DNA of 64,000 nucleotides from Longimicrobiales bacterium (GTDB lineage Bacteria; Gemmatimonadota; Gemmatimonadetes; Longimicrobiales; Gaopeijiaceae): positions 2,016,001 to 2,080,000 of the forward strand of contig CBDAON010000004.1 of the NCBI GenBank assembly GCA_965198065.1, given 5' to 3'. A model generated the notes under the pieces. The model was not told where the DNA came from. It saw only the letters and a program-made list of their open reading frames with translations, and searched no databases. Below are positions 40,399 through 52,446 of this stretch, one piece after another. A program made the translations under genes and the position numbers. Position 1 is the stretch's first letter, and every line of letters begins with the position of its first letter.

Positions 40399-41340
40399 TC
40401 AATTCGCCACCAGGTCCCGGTAGCGTAGCCGCTTGCCCTCCAGCCCCCGGACGATAGCCCGCATCTGCTGGATGGTGTCGAGCGGTCGGATATTATGGCG
40501 GCCGGAGAACTCGTTGACGTAGCGCTGGAGGTGCTTCGGGGACATCTTGTGGTAGGTGCCGTGGTAGCCGCGCTTGAGCATCGACCAGAAGGACTCCACG
40601 CCGTTCGTGTGGGCCTGGCCGTTCACGTACTCTGACACCGAGTGTTTCACGGTCTCCCGATTGGCGAGGCCATCATACGCCCTCGCTTCGTCCGTGTACA
40701 CCCTGGCCCCATCCGCGACCTGGCCTCGCACGAAACCCTGGAGCGTCGGCCTGTCGGTAGCTTCGACCACGCGAGCAGCCACCCGATTCGTCTCCCGGTC
40801 CTTCGCACCGACGACGGCTGCCTTGCCCACCGGACCCCGGCCCAGGTTCGCCTTCTTGCCTGCGTGCTTGTTCTTCTCCAGCCCACCTACGTAGGTCTCA
40901 TCAATCTCCACCGGACCCTCGAACGGAGCCTGCTGCGTCTCCCACGTCTCCCGGAGCCGGTGTGCTAGGAACCACGCGGCCTTCTGCCCGATCTCTAGAT
41001 CCCGGTGCAGCTTCATGGAGGCTTGACCCTTCAGACCAGTCGCGAGCAGGTAGGAAGCGATCGCCCACACCTGATAGCCGAGATTGCTTCCGGCCATTGC
41101 GGTGCCCGTCTTCACGCTGAAGAACTTCCGGCAACCCTTCTCGCGGCAACGGTAAGGCTGGCTCGGATGCTTCGCGCCTACCTGTACGTTCTCGCCCCCA
41201 CAGTGCGGGCAAGCGGGCTTGCCGTCCCACCGGCACTGAGCGATCCACCGCTCAGCCGTCGCGTCGTCTGGGAACATTCGCATAACCTGAATGAGTGAAA
41301 GCCCCTTCCTAAAGTTCTTGCCGGGTCCTGACTTAGCCAT
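40399..41340 (-). CDS. IS1595-family transposase
   Basis: CPHC...CREKGC zinc ribbon, VEIDETYVGG, YTDE, HTNGVESFWS, YVNEF. Confidence 0.95.
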   Translation of the reverse strand: MAKSGPGKNFRKGLSLIQVMRMFPDDATAERWIAQCRWDGKPACPHCGGENVQVGAKHPSQPYRCREKGCRKFFSVKTGTAMAGSNLGYQVWAIASYLLATGLKGQASMKLHRDLEIGQKAAWFLAHRLRETWETQQAPFEGPVEIDETYVGGLEKNKHAGKKANLGRGPVGKAAVVGAKDRETNRVAARVVEATDRPTLQGFVRGQVADGARVYTDEARAYDGLANRETVKHSVSEYVNGQAHTNGVESFWSMLKRGYHGTYHKMSPKHLQRYVNEFSGRHNIRPLDTIQQMRAIVRGLEGKRLRYRDLVAN

Positions 41341-41352
41341 CGTTTCTCCTAG

Positions 41353-42574
<1,222 letters not shown>

Positions 42575-43113
42575 CAACTGGCTTGCACTCGCTCGTGTGT
42601 GCTCGCTCGCCCTTCGGTAATGCGCCGCTGGGCATCGCGGTTGCGCTCAGGAGGCTCGCTGCGAGCGCGGTTACTCCGGGTCCAAACGCGACTCTTCGCG
42701 AGGCCACCGAGCTACCAGTCCTTCCTTGCGCCAGCGGGTCTTAGGGAGACCAACCGCGGCGCAGGTCGATTCTCTTCAGATCTTCCGCTCCGAGCATCCC
42801 CTACCCTTCGCCTGGACGGTGACGCTGGCAACCTGAATGGAAGCGTAAAGCGTGAACGAGCCATATCCTTGTGCTTCTCCAGCGGGTGGGCCTCGGTCAG
42901 GAGCTGCCTCGCCTGCGTTGGCCCACGGCGAGGAGACTCGGGTCGCGGGTATCACTGCTGCTCAGGGAACCGTTCGATAACGGGCTATGAGGGCCACCTG
43001 CGCAGTCGGTGAGGCACCCGCCCCTCCGCGTCATCCCCGGCGCAAAGTGGGTCGTAAGTGCCTCGATCGGCGGGACACCAACGCCCTCGTGAAGGGAATC
43101 GAGCGGTCAAGGT

Positions 43114-44334
43114 TCAACCTCCCGGAGCAAGCCACCTGAACGCCTGTTCAACGACTTCCACGCCCTGATTCCACACCAATGTTTCCCACTCCTCCGAGTC
43201 CGGATGAAACGCACGTAGCATGCATGTCTTTATCTCTTCCGCCTTCGGATGGTCGGCGCCCCCATGGTGGTGGAGCCAGTTCTCGGCCCTTACCGCCTTG
43301 AATACGTCCATCACCGGTAGCGTACCGAACTCAAGACTCACTGCGGTGACCTCAACGTCGGGAAGCATGCTGGTGATCCCTAACTTGAGAGAGGCATCCA
43401 AGTGAGTGGATACGGACCCACCTGTGACAGTCGAACGCACCCGGTCGGCCCCCCATATCGCCACTGCACGCTGAACGTTGGGTGCGCTCATTGAGTCGTT
43501 CAAGATGATCTCCCCGCTACCGAACGCTCCCAGGCCCGTGTGGATATCGACCAAGACCACGCGTTCCACGTCGGACAGATACCGTTGTGCAATCGACCGG
43601 AGCGTAGAGTTGGACCACGTCTCCGAAGTGCCACCGTAGAACAGTCCGTCCGCGTGGGCGTATTGCCCCCCCTGTACTGCCGCCTGAGCGGCCGCAATAC
43701 CCGCGGTCAGGCGATACCACAGGAGTCGCGCCCACGAGCGTACTTCCGACCCGAACGAGATCGACATAGGTGCAATGACATCGGCGAGATTTTCGTAATC
43801 CGGGTTTTCTGGAGGAGGAATCGTATGGTCCCGGAAGTTCCGGTTAACATCAACGTTGTCTTCGTTGAAGCGTTTCAGGTGCGCCATGCCGTAGGGATTG
43901 ATCCCGTGGATCATCATGAGGCGAACGCCCGTCGGAAGCCGTGAGGTGATTCCTTCGCCAGGAAGACCAGTTTGAATACCTGATCCGGCAAAACCCTCAA
44001 CGCCGTGCGTCCCCGAGCTCAACACAAGGATCGATTTCGCGTCCTCGGGGCCAAAGAGGGCCACATCGGTGAAGAGCGATTCCCCCTGGGGCCCTACCTG
44101 TGGGTTCTGAAAACCCTCGACGATTCCGCCCGCATCCTGGGCCGCGTCAAGGAACCTCTGCCTCGCGACTTCGTAGCTGGATGAGAAATAATCTGCTGTT
44201 CGCACTTCGCTCGCTGCCATGCGTCGAGAGCTGCACTCCGGGCACGCACCATACGTGCCCAAGAAAGCGACGGTCGCGATAACTAAGACCGTGGCTAACC
44301 CCGCTGCTCCGCCAGCCAGGCTTCTTCTGTTCAT
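43114..44334 (-). CDS. M14-type metallopeptidase (DUF2817-like) with N-terminal signal/TM segment
   Basis: SGTHGVEG (HxxE), NEDNVDVNRNF, VDIHTGLG, LEFGT. Confidence 0.85.
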   Translation of the reverse strand: MNRRSLAGGAAGLATVLVIATVAFLGTYGACPECSSRRMAASEVRTADYFSSSYEVARQRFLDAAQDAGGIVEGFQNPQVGPQGESLFTDVALFGPEDAKSILVLSSGTHGVEGFAGSGIQTGLPGEGITSRLPTGVRLMMIHGINPYGMAHLKRFNEDNVDVNRNFRDHTIPPPENPDYENLADVIAPMSISFGSEVRSWARLLWYRLTAGIAAAQAAVQGGQYAHADGLFYGGTSETWSNSTLRSIAQRYLSDVERVVLVDIHTGLGAFGSGEIILNDSMSAPNVQRAVAIWGADRVRSTVTGGSVSTHLDASLKLGITSMLPDVEVTAVSLEFGTLPVMDVFKAVRAENWLHHHGGADHPKAEEIKTCMLRAFHPDSEEWETLVWNQGVEVVEQAFRWLAPGG

Positions 44335-44763
44335 GGTTGCTGCCCGCCTGAGTGGGATGCTACAGGAGACTGCGGCGCGGGATGCGGGTAGGCAACTTCG
44401 AGTGAGTCGGCCGGCAACCCCGCCCTAAGGCAGAAGCACCTCCCGGTTCAGCCACACGATGTTGTCCCAACTCAACACCTACTTCGAGGAGTTGCCGTTC
44501 CGGACAATCGGGCTTCCCCTGGAGTTCGAGGCGGGGCTCACGCCCTGAGGACGTGACTCTGGCGACCTCGGTCGCCAAGCGTCGCCGGAGGGAAGCCAGG
44601 CCAGGACGGCGGTGTGTGCCGAGAAGTGTGCCGACTTGGCGGAACGCGGTGACACAACAAGATGCGAGCCGACACGGGGCTGCACACGAAAATCCTTAAA
44701 GCAGAACAGCTATCGGCACTGACAGGACCGGAGAAGGATCCAGAGCCTCCGTCCCGAATCGAT

Positions 44764-44806
44764 CTCTTAATCCGTAGGTTCTAGGTTCGATTCCTAGGCG
44801 GCGCAT
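44764..44806 (+). repeat. attR: 3' half of tRNA-Lys
   Basis: CTCTTAATCCGTAGGTTCTAGGTTCGATTCCTAGGCGGCGCAT, identical to 38077-38119. Confidence 0.92.
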
Positions 44807-44861
44807 ACACATACGCCGGAACCTCCTCCCGATACCCTCCGGGGAGGCGGGAGAAAGGGCC

Positions 44862-46129
44862 TCAGCTCGGCGCCTGGACCACGGCCCCCAGGAAGAGAAC
44901 CGTTCCCGAGAAGCGCTCCCGGATCGCAAACAGGAAGGGTCGATCGACCGTGAAGGGCGGGGTGAACGAGGTCGTCCCTACCTCCACGCTCGTGGCTGCG
45001 GAGGCTCTCGTCCCGGCCTCGTCCACCTCGACGAACGTTTTTTGCTTCACGTTTGAGATGTGGATCTGGTTCTCGAGTGCGTCCGCGAACATCCGAGTGA
45101 AGTCGGCCTCGTTCGGGTCGAACGCCACGGCCATGCCGAGCGCCTTCAGCACGTCGTTCAGGCTCGACTCCCACTCCATGCGAAACCGCGGGATCCGAAT
45201 CTCGATGTCCCGGCTAGCGAACGACGATGTGAGCGCGCCCCACTCGGTCGCGTCCAGGTCGTCCACGAGATCGCCGACAGTGCGCCCCTGCCCGGGAAGG
45301 ACGATCGTCATCGAGAACGCCTCGCCCCCGTGGGCAGATCGATCGCCTCGTAGCCTGAGCCGGATGCGAACGATACGATGCCGTCCCTGGCCATCAGCCG
45401 GACCGTGCCCGTCGTGCCGTCCTGGTTGTGGAAGACGGCGTCCCGCGTCTCGTTCGGGTCGAACTCCCCCGTCCAGAGCCCCTCGAAATCGATGGCGTTG
45501 ATGAGGAAGGCAACCGTGAGAGGATCGATCGGGGGCACGACGATGTCCTCGATCCGGCCGTTCGTCGCCTCCCTCACCCAGTCGTTCATTACGTCGGCGG
45601 CCGTCGGGATCGAGAAGTCGAGCCCGGCCACCTGCGCGTCGAACACACCGGTAACTCTCTCCAGGTAATCGGCTTCGGGCGTCCAGCCGTGACGGTACCA
45701 CACCGAGTTTCCGATCTGGAACTTCACGTTGGGGTCGAGGCTCTGAAGCAGGTCGATGAGGCTTCGGTACGAGGCGTTGATGTCGTCTAGCTCCATCTCC
45801 TGGAAGCCCAGCGTCAGACGCATCGCGTCGAACGTCTCCTCGGCCGAACCGTTCAGAGCCATCCCGAGGGCCATGGAGGCGCTGAGAGGGGAGAGGAAGC
45901 TGTTCTCACTGGGATCGGAGGCGTGCACCTGCCGGAGAAGATCGAAGCCGAACTCGTTGCTTGCCCGGAGGATCTCAACCTCTGACGCCGTGAGCTCCCT
46001 TGGAAGCTCCGTGATGAGGGCGGCTTCGGGCGCGCTGTCGGGGCCGGTGGAGCTCGAGCAGCCCGTAAGTGCGATCGCGATCGCCGCGAGGCCGATCGGG
46101 AGAATCGAGGGCAGGGGCCGGTGCATCAT
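44862..46129 (-). CDS. Serpin family lipoprotein (frameshift near 45330)
   Basis: Lipobox LTGC, SPLSASMAL, NDWVREATNGRI, VDEAGTRASAAT hinge, FTVDRPFLFAIRE. Confidence 0.9.
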
Positions 46130-46210
46130 CTGTCCAGGAGTGGGGGCCGAAGGGTGTTCGGGGGAGGCGGCCCTGACGGGCCGCCGCTCTCGTCTCCTCC
46201 AGAGGAACGA

Positions 46211-48148
46211 TTAGCCGGGCGTCGGCGTGACAGGATGCCCAGCGAGCAGGCGGAGGCCATTCAGCACGACGAGGAGCGTCGAGCCCTCGTGTGCCACTAC
46301 GGCGACCGTGAGGGGGAGCCCGACCACGGACGCGGTGACGACGAGGAGCCCCATCCAGACGACGCTGAACCAGACGTTCTGGCGCACGATCCGGCGGGCG
46401 CGGCGCCCCAGCTCCACCAGGTACTCGATCTTCGGGAGATCGTCGCCCATGAGCACCACGTCCGCCGTCTCGATCGCCACGTCCGTCCCGGCGGCGCCCA
46501 TGGCCACGCCGACCGAAGCCTCGACCATGGCGGGCGCGTCGTTCACGCCGTCCCCTACCATCACCACGCCGCGGGCGTCACCCGAGATGGCGCGCAGCAC
46601 CTCGACCTTCTCGTGCGGAAGGAGCCCGGCGCGTACCTCGTCCGCCCCGAGCTCGGCCGCAATGGCGCGAACGGCGTCCGGGTGGTCGCCCGAGAGTATC
46701 AAGACGCGTCGGATCCCCTGGACGTCCTTCAAGCGGCGGATGGTCTCACGGGATCCCGGGCGGACCCGGTCGCCGAACGCCATAGCGCCCACGACCCGGT
46801 CGTCTACCCCGGTCAGTACCACCGTGCGGGACTGGCCGGCCTGCTCGATCGTCCATGCGTCGAGCGCTTCCGGCAGTCCCGCGCTCCGGCGCGCGGCCAA
46901 CGCGCGGTTCCCTACCCAGAGAAGCCGCCCGTTCTGCCGTCCCTCCACCCCTTCCCCCGGAAGGGCCCGGAACTCCTCCACGGGGGACGGCTCCCGGCCC
47001 CGCTCCCGAGCAGCGTACAGCACGGCGGTGGCAATGTGGTGTTCGGAGGCAGCCTCGACCGCTGCCGCGATGCTCAGGAGCTCGTCCTCGGAGATCCCTG
47101 CCGCCTTGAGCGCGAGGAGGCGAGGCTGACCCATGGTGAGGGTCCCCGTCTTGTCGAACGCTACGACATCCACGTCTCCGGTGCGGTCCAGGACCGCACC
47201 TCCCTTGAAGAGGATCCCGTTCCGGGCCCCGTTAGCGATGGCGGAGAGGACGCCGGCCGGAGTCGAGATGACGAGCGCGCACGGGCTCGCCACGACGAGA
47301 AGGGTCATGCCGCGGTAGACGGCCTCTCCCCAAGTGGCGCCGGCGAGCGCGACCCCTCCGAGGATCGTGAGCCCGCTCCCGACGAGGACGAGGATCGTGT
47401 ACGGGTGCGCGAACCGGTCGATGAACTCCTGGGCCGGCGCCCTTTTTTCCCTGGCCTCTTCGACCATGCGAACGATGCGGGCGAGCATCGTCTCGCTGGC
47501 CGGACGGGTCACAGTCACCGTGAGGACCCCCCCACCGTTGATCGAGCCGGCGAACACCTCGTCGCCGGTCCCCCGGGTCACTGGCTGGCCCTCGCCCGTG
47601 ATCGCGGACTGGTCCACGTCGCTCCTCCCCTTCGAGACCTGCCCGTCGGCGGCAATGCGCTCCCCGGGACGGACCAGGATGCGCTGGCCCGGCGCGAGGC
47701 TTGCCGCCGGAACCTGCCCCGCTTCGCGTCCCTCCGCGTCCAGGAGTGTCGCTTCCTCGGGATGGATCTTCATCAACTTTTCGATCGCCCTCCGGGTGCG
47801 TCCCATCGCGTACGCCTCGAGCGTGTTCGAGAGGGAGAACAGGAAGATGAGGATGACCCCCTCGAGTGGTTGGCCGACGGAGGCGGCTCCCAGGGCCGCC
47901 GCTCCCATGAGGAAGTCGATCGAGAGCCGCCCCTTCCGGAGCTCGGCGATCGTATCGGAAAGGATCGGCGCCCCACCGATCAGGTACGCGGCCGCGAGCG
48001 GGAGCCAGCGCCAGGGCGACGGATCCGTGGGCACCCACTCGAGCACGGCGCCCGCCGCCATGCCGATCGCCACGACGACCGTCACCTGGAGGTAGACGCG
48101 CGCCTCCGGTGTGAGGACGGATGTGATGGCAGCCGGGCGGGTGGTCAC
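46211..48148 (-). CDS. Heavy-metal P-type ATPase, P1B-4 type
   Basis: TGE, VASPCAL, DKTGT, GDGVND, HEGST; no N-terminal CxxC metal-binding domain; start approximate. Confidence 0.92.
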   Translation of the reverse strand: MTTRPAAITSVLTPEARVYLQVTVVVAIGMAAGAVLEWVPTDPSPWRWLPLAAAYLIGGAPILSDTIAELRKGRLSIDFLMGAAALGAASVGQPLEGVILIFLFSLSNTLEAYAMGRTRRAIEKLMKIHPEEATLLDAEGREAGQVPAASLAPGQRILVRPGERIAADGQVSKGRSDVDQSAITGEGQPVTRGTGDEVFAGSINGGGVLTVTVTRPASETMLARIVRMVEEAREKRAPAQEFIDRFAHPYTILVLVGSGLTILGGVALAGATWGEAVYRGMTLLVVASPCALVISTPAGVLSAIANGARNGILFKGGAVLDRTGDVDVVAFDKTGTLTMGQPRLLALKAAGISEDELLSIAAAVEAASEHHIATAVLYAARERGREPSPVEEFRALPGEGVEGRQNGRLLWVGNRALAARRSAGLPEALDAWTIEQAGQSRTVVLTGVDDRVVGAMAFGDRVRPGSRETIRRLKDVQGIRRVLILSGDHPDAVRAIAAELGADEVRAGLLPHEKVEVLRAISGDARGVVMVGDGVNDAPAMVEASVGVAMGAAGTDVAIETADVVLMGDDLPKIEYLVELGRRARRIVRQNVWFSVVWMGLLVVTASVVGLPLTVAVVAHEGSTLLVVLNGLRLLAGHPVTPTPG

Positions 48149-48286
48149 GGGTGGGGTACGACCCTGTTGGGGGGATGGGGGACGGCCCTCCGGGGCTCGT
48201 CCGGGTCGGGGTGCGTCACTAAGATGAGGGCCTCTCGCACCCCAAGGTAGGAGGAGGATACGTGGCTCCCGTTCGCCACGTCGGCC

Positions 48287-48946
48287 ATGTTCCGGTTCCT
48301 GAGGGATCTCGCCGAGAACAACAATCGCCCCTGGTTCCAGAAGAACAAGCATCGATACGAGAATGACGTGAAGGATCCGGCCCTACAGTTCATTGCCGAC
48401 TTCGCGCCCTACTTGGAGAAGATCAGCCCCCACTTCCGAGCCGATCCGAGATCGGTAGGCGGCTCTCTCTTCCGGATCTACCGAGACATCCGATTCTCGA
48501 AGGACAAAAGCCCGTTCAAGACCTCCCTGGGGATCCATTTCCGGCATCTCCACGCGAAGGACGTGCACGCGCCCGGCTTCTACCTGCACCTGGAGCCGCG
48601 CGAGATCTTCGCGGGAGTCGGCATCTGGCATCCGGATTCCAAGACCCTGAAGAAGATCCGAGACACCATCGTGGACGATCCGGCCGCTTGGAAGAAGGCA
48701 ATCAGCTTGAAGTCGTTCAGGAGCCGCTACGAGCTCGTGGGCGACTCACTGGCGCGGGCTCCGAGGGGGTACGACCCCGAGCATCCCATGGTGGAGGATC
48801 TCAAGCGGAAGGATTTCATCGGTCTGACGTACCTCTCCCAGAAGACCGTGACCGGGAGCGGATTCATGAGCGAGTTCGCGGCCCTGAGCCGCGCGGGGGC
48901 TCCGCTCCAGCGGTTTCTCTGCGCGGCCGTAGACGTACCGTATTGA
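48287..48946 (+). CDS. DUF2461 (TIGR02453) family protein
   Basis: FLRDLAENNNRPWF, FRIYRDIRFSKDKSPFK, PGFYLHL. Confidence 0.9.
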   Translation: MFRFLRDLAENNNRPWFQKNKHRYENDVKDPALQFIADFAPYLEKISPHFRADPRSVGGSLFRIYRDIRFSKDKSPFKTSLGIHFRHLHAKDVHAPGFYLHLEPREIFAGVGIWHPDSKTLKKIRDTIVDDPAAWKKAISLKSFRSRYELVGDSLARAPRGYDPEHPMVEDLKRKDFIGLTYLSQKTVTGSGFMSEFAALSRAGAPLQRFLCAAVDVPY

Positions 48947-48989
48947 GGGACCCGCTCCGCAAGCCGCCCCAGACGCTCCAGAACCCGCT

Positions 48990-50072
48990 TTAAAAGAGGT
49001 CGAGCTGCGGCTTCGCCGGAGCCGCAGCTCTCGGCGGCCGCCCCGGCCGCCGGAAGTGCTCCGTCGAAAGGGCGGGCACCCGCCTCGGGAACCCCGCCTT
49101 CTCGCGCGACACGTGGAAGAGGCTCCGGATCTGATCCGCGAACGGGCCTTCGCCCCGCATCCGCTTCCCGAACGCAGACTCGTTCAGCTTCCCGCCGCGG
49201 AGGTTCCTGAGACGTGACTTCACCTTCTCGGCCCGGTCCGGGCAGTGGTCGTCCATCCACGAAAGGAAGATCTGCCGCACTGCTCCGGGGAGCCGGAGGA
49301 TCATGTACCCCACTTCCGTGGCCCCAGCTTCCGCCGCGGCCTCGATGATCGCAGCCACTTCGTGATCGGTCAGGCCGGGAATCACCGGGGCCACGAACAC
49401 GGTGACCGGCACGCCGGCCGCGACCAGTGCCCGCACCGCCTCGAGCCGGTGCTCGGGCGGGGACGCGCGCGGTTCCATCGCTCGCTGGAGGGATCGGTCG
49501 AGCGTCGTAATCGAGATCGCGACGTGCGCCGCGTCGTAGCGGGCGAGCTCACCCAGGAGGTCCGCGTCCCGCTCGACGAGCCGGCTCTTCGTTACGACCG
49601 CGACCGGATGGCGAGCACGAACCAGCACCTCCATGCAGCCGCGGGTGATGCCCAGGCGTCGCTCGACGGGCTGATAGGGGTCCGTGACGCCGCTCATCGC
49701 AATGTGCTCGGGCTTCCAGCGGGGGCTCGCGAGCTCCCACTCCAGGAGCTCGGGCGCGTCGGGTTTCACGAAGATCTTGGACTCGAAGTCGAGGCCCGCG
49801 GAGAGGCCGAGGTACTCGTGGGTGGGGCGGGCGTAGCAGTAGCTGCACCCGTGCTCACATCCCCTGTAGGGGTTCAGGCTCCAGTCGAAGCCCACGTCCG
49901 GGCTAAGGTTCCTCGTCAGGACTGAGCGGGACGCGTCGCGGAAGTATTGGGTGCTTCTCGCGGCTGGGTCCTCGTCGTCCTTCGGCAGGGGCTCGATGTG
50001 GAGCCGCTCGAACCGATTAGCCGGATCCTCGTCGGTGCCGCGACCGCGCAGGACGGGGAAGGAGTGTTTCAT
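48990..50072 (-). CDS. PA0069-family radical SAM protein
   Basis: NPYRGCEHGCSYCYARPTH, GVTDPYQPVE, APVIPGLTDHE. Confidence 0.92.
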   Translation of the reverse strand: MKHSFPVLRGRGTDEDPANRFERLHIEPLPKDDEDPAARSTQYFRDASRSVLTRNLSPDVGFDWSLNPYRGCEHGCSYCYARPTHEYLGLSAGLDFESKIFVKPDAPELLEWELASPRWKPEHIAMSGVTDPYQPVERRLGITRGCMEVLVRARHPVAVVTKSRLVERDADLLGELARYDAAHVAISITTLDRSLQRAMEPRASPPEHRLEAVRALVAAGVPVTVFVAPVIPGLTDHEVAAIIEAAAEAGATEVGYMILRLPGAVRQIFLSWMDDHCPDRAEKVKSRLRNLRGGKLNESAFGKRMRGEGPFADQIRSLFHVSREKAGFPRRVPALSTEHFRRPGRPPRAAAPAKPQLDLF

Positions 50073-50224
50073 GACAGCACCTACCCGGGGTCCCAGCCGA
50101 AGTTTCGGGAAATGTTCGGTATCCCGAGTCGTCGAGGTCGTGCGGCCTTTGGTGCTCGGGGATGGCTGACTAGATCGTCTCGTCCACTTTGCCTAGACTT
50201 CCAAGCCCCGTTTAGGTTCTCTAC

Positions 50225-50747
<523 letters not shown>

Positions 50748-50804
50748 CTGTTGAGCCTCAGTTTCGAAAATAGTAACGGGATAACAGTAACAGGGCGCTC
50801 AGGT

Positions 50805-51926
50805 ATGCCGAAGCTCTACACAAAGGGTAAGTCCAGGTTTTATGCGGACTTAAGATATCTCGGCCTGGGTCAGCACGCCCTGAAGCCACCGGGGTCTTCC
50901 CGAGCCACACAAGACGAAGCCGAAGCCCTCGTTCTGATGGGTAAGTTGATCGAGCGTCTGAGGCGTGAAGGCGCGCCGGTCAACCGCCCAGGGGACACGC
51001 TTGGTGCGGCTGCTGACGCCTTCCTCCGGCTCAATCCCGGAGGTGTGACGGAGGGATGGCTGCGCGAGCACCGGCACAAGCTCGGTCGCGCTCGTCGGTG
51101 GTTTGGTGACCAGCGTCCGCTTGCGTCGATTAAGCCGAGAGACGTGCGCGCATGGTGGGAGCGTCTCGAGTCCTTGGGATTGGCTTCTGGTACCGTTCGG
51201 CACCATCTGAACGTGCTTTCTTCCCTGTATCGGTTCGCCATCGAGAATGAGATGGTCCCGCCGTCATACAACCCCGTCGCGATGCTCTACCGGAAGCCGT
51301 CTTCGTCAAACGGGCGCATTCAAACCAAGCGGGCGCAGTTCCTAGAGATCGACGAGGCCGCGCGTTTCCTAGACGCGGCCCGGACGCTGACGCGATCTAA
51401 GCGCAGGTGGCTCCTGGACGGCCTCCACGAGATCCTATCGACCTTCCTGTTGACGGGTGGGCGAAAAGCGGAGGTACTAGGGCTCGTGGTTGACGACGTG
51501 GATCTGGACGCAGGCATCGTCCGGTACCGTCCGAATGACTTCCGGCCACTCAAGACGCCTTGGGCGGAGCGCACCGTACCCCTTTGGCCGCAACTGCGGG
51601 AGATCCTGGTGCCGTGGCTCCAAGGTCGAGATCCGGACGAGTTGCTCTTCGAGGGTCCGGTTGGCGGGATGATTCACGACCTACGGAAGGCGCTCAAGGC
51701 TACTTCGGAAGCGTCGGGTATCGCGGTCACCGGCGTCACCATCTTTCGCCACACCTACGCCACGGCTCGGCTCCAGACGACCGACAACGGGAAGCAGATT
51801 TCACTCTGGACCGTCGCCAAGGAGCTGGGCCACAAAACCGTCTCACGGGTCGAAGACACATACGGCCATCCGAGCCACTACCGGCCTCGTGGTGAGGTCG
51901 TGGAGTATCAGCTCCGTACGACGTAA
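50805..51926 (+). CDS. Tyrosine recombinase/integrase
   Basis: LTGGRKAE, LKT, IFRHTYA, LGH, TYGH; adjacent to the tRNA 3' end. Confidence 0.9.
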   Translation: MPKLYTKGKSRFYADLRYLGLGQHALKPPGSSRATQDEAEALVLMGKLIERLRREGAPVNRPGDTLGAAADAFLRLNPGGVTEGWLREHRHKLGRARRWFGDQRPLASIKPRDVRAWWERLESLGLASGTVRHHLNVLSSLYRFAIENEMVPPSYNPVAMLYRKPSSSNGRIQTKRAQFLEIDEAARFLDAARTLTRSKRRWLLDGLHEILSTFLLTGGRKAEVLGLVVDDVDLDAGIVRYRPNDFRPLKTPWAERTVPLWPQLREILVPWLQGRDPDELLFEGPVGGMIHDLRKALKATSEASGIAVTGVTIFRHTYATARLQTTDNGKQISLWTVAKELGHKTVSRVEDTYGHPSHYRPRGEVVEYQLRTT

Positions 51927-52446
51927 GGCGGTCTGCCCGTCCCTTCCTGAACCGGCGAATTATTCAGTAACCCATTGCTACGCTTGTGGTTAGCCGCTCA
52001 CCGATACGCTATGGATCACTTCGGGTATACAAAACGAACGGGCGACCGCGGAAGGGATCGGTCACACCCGACGGAAGGCTGGGCGCCTACCTGGCCGGAG
52101 CGACGCAAGAACCAGAGACCAAGACTCCCCGAGGGAATGCTGCCGAGCCCCGATGAGAAGCTTGGCCGGTCATCGGGGGCGCTGGTAATGGCCGACCGGA
52201 TTCGCAGGTTACGGAAGTCGGCTACCGGGCTCACGGGACGATCGATCCCTACCTCCGCGTGATCTTCTGCCCGATGTACATCACGTATACCGGCTTCCCA
52301 TACTGAACGGGCCAAGCAAAGTGCATCCGCAACGTCATGGACCGGACCTTCCCGTGCCAGGAACATGGCAGGGCCTGGCCGGGTTCATCATCGAGGTGTT
52401 CTATGGCATTCGACGCTGGGCCAGACCGAGACAGTAGGGGATTTTC

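Noticed and set aside
44764..44806. Second tRNA-Lys gene
   Set aside because: Only the 3' half is present, with no D arm or 5' acceptor strand; it is an att repeat
46121..48250. 709-aa plus-strand ORF
   Set aside because: Antisense shadow of the P-type ATPase
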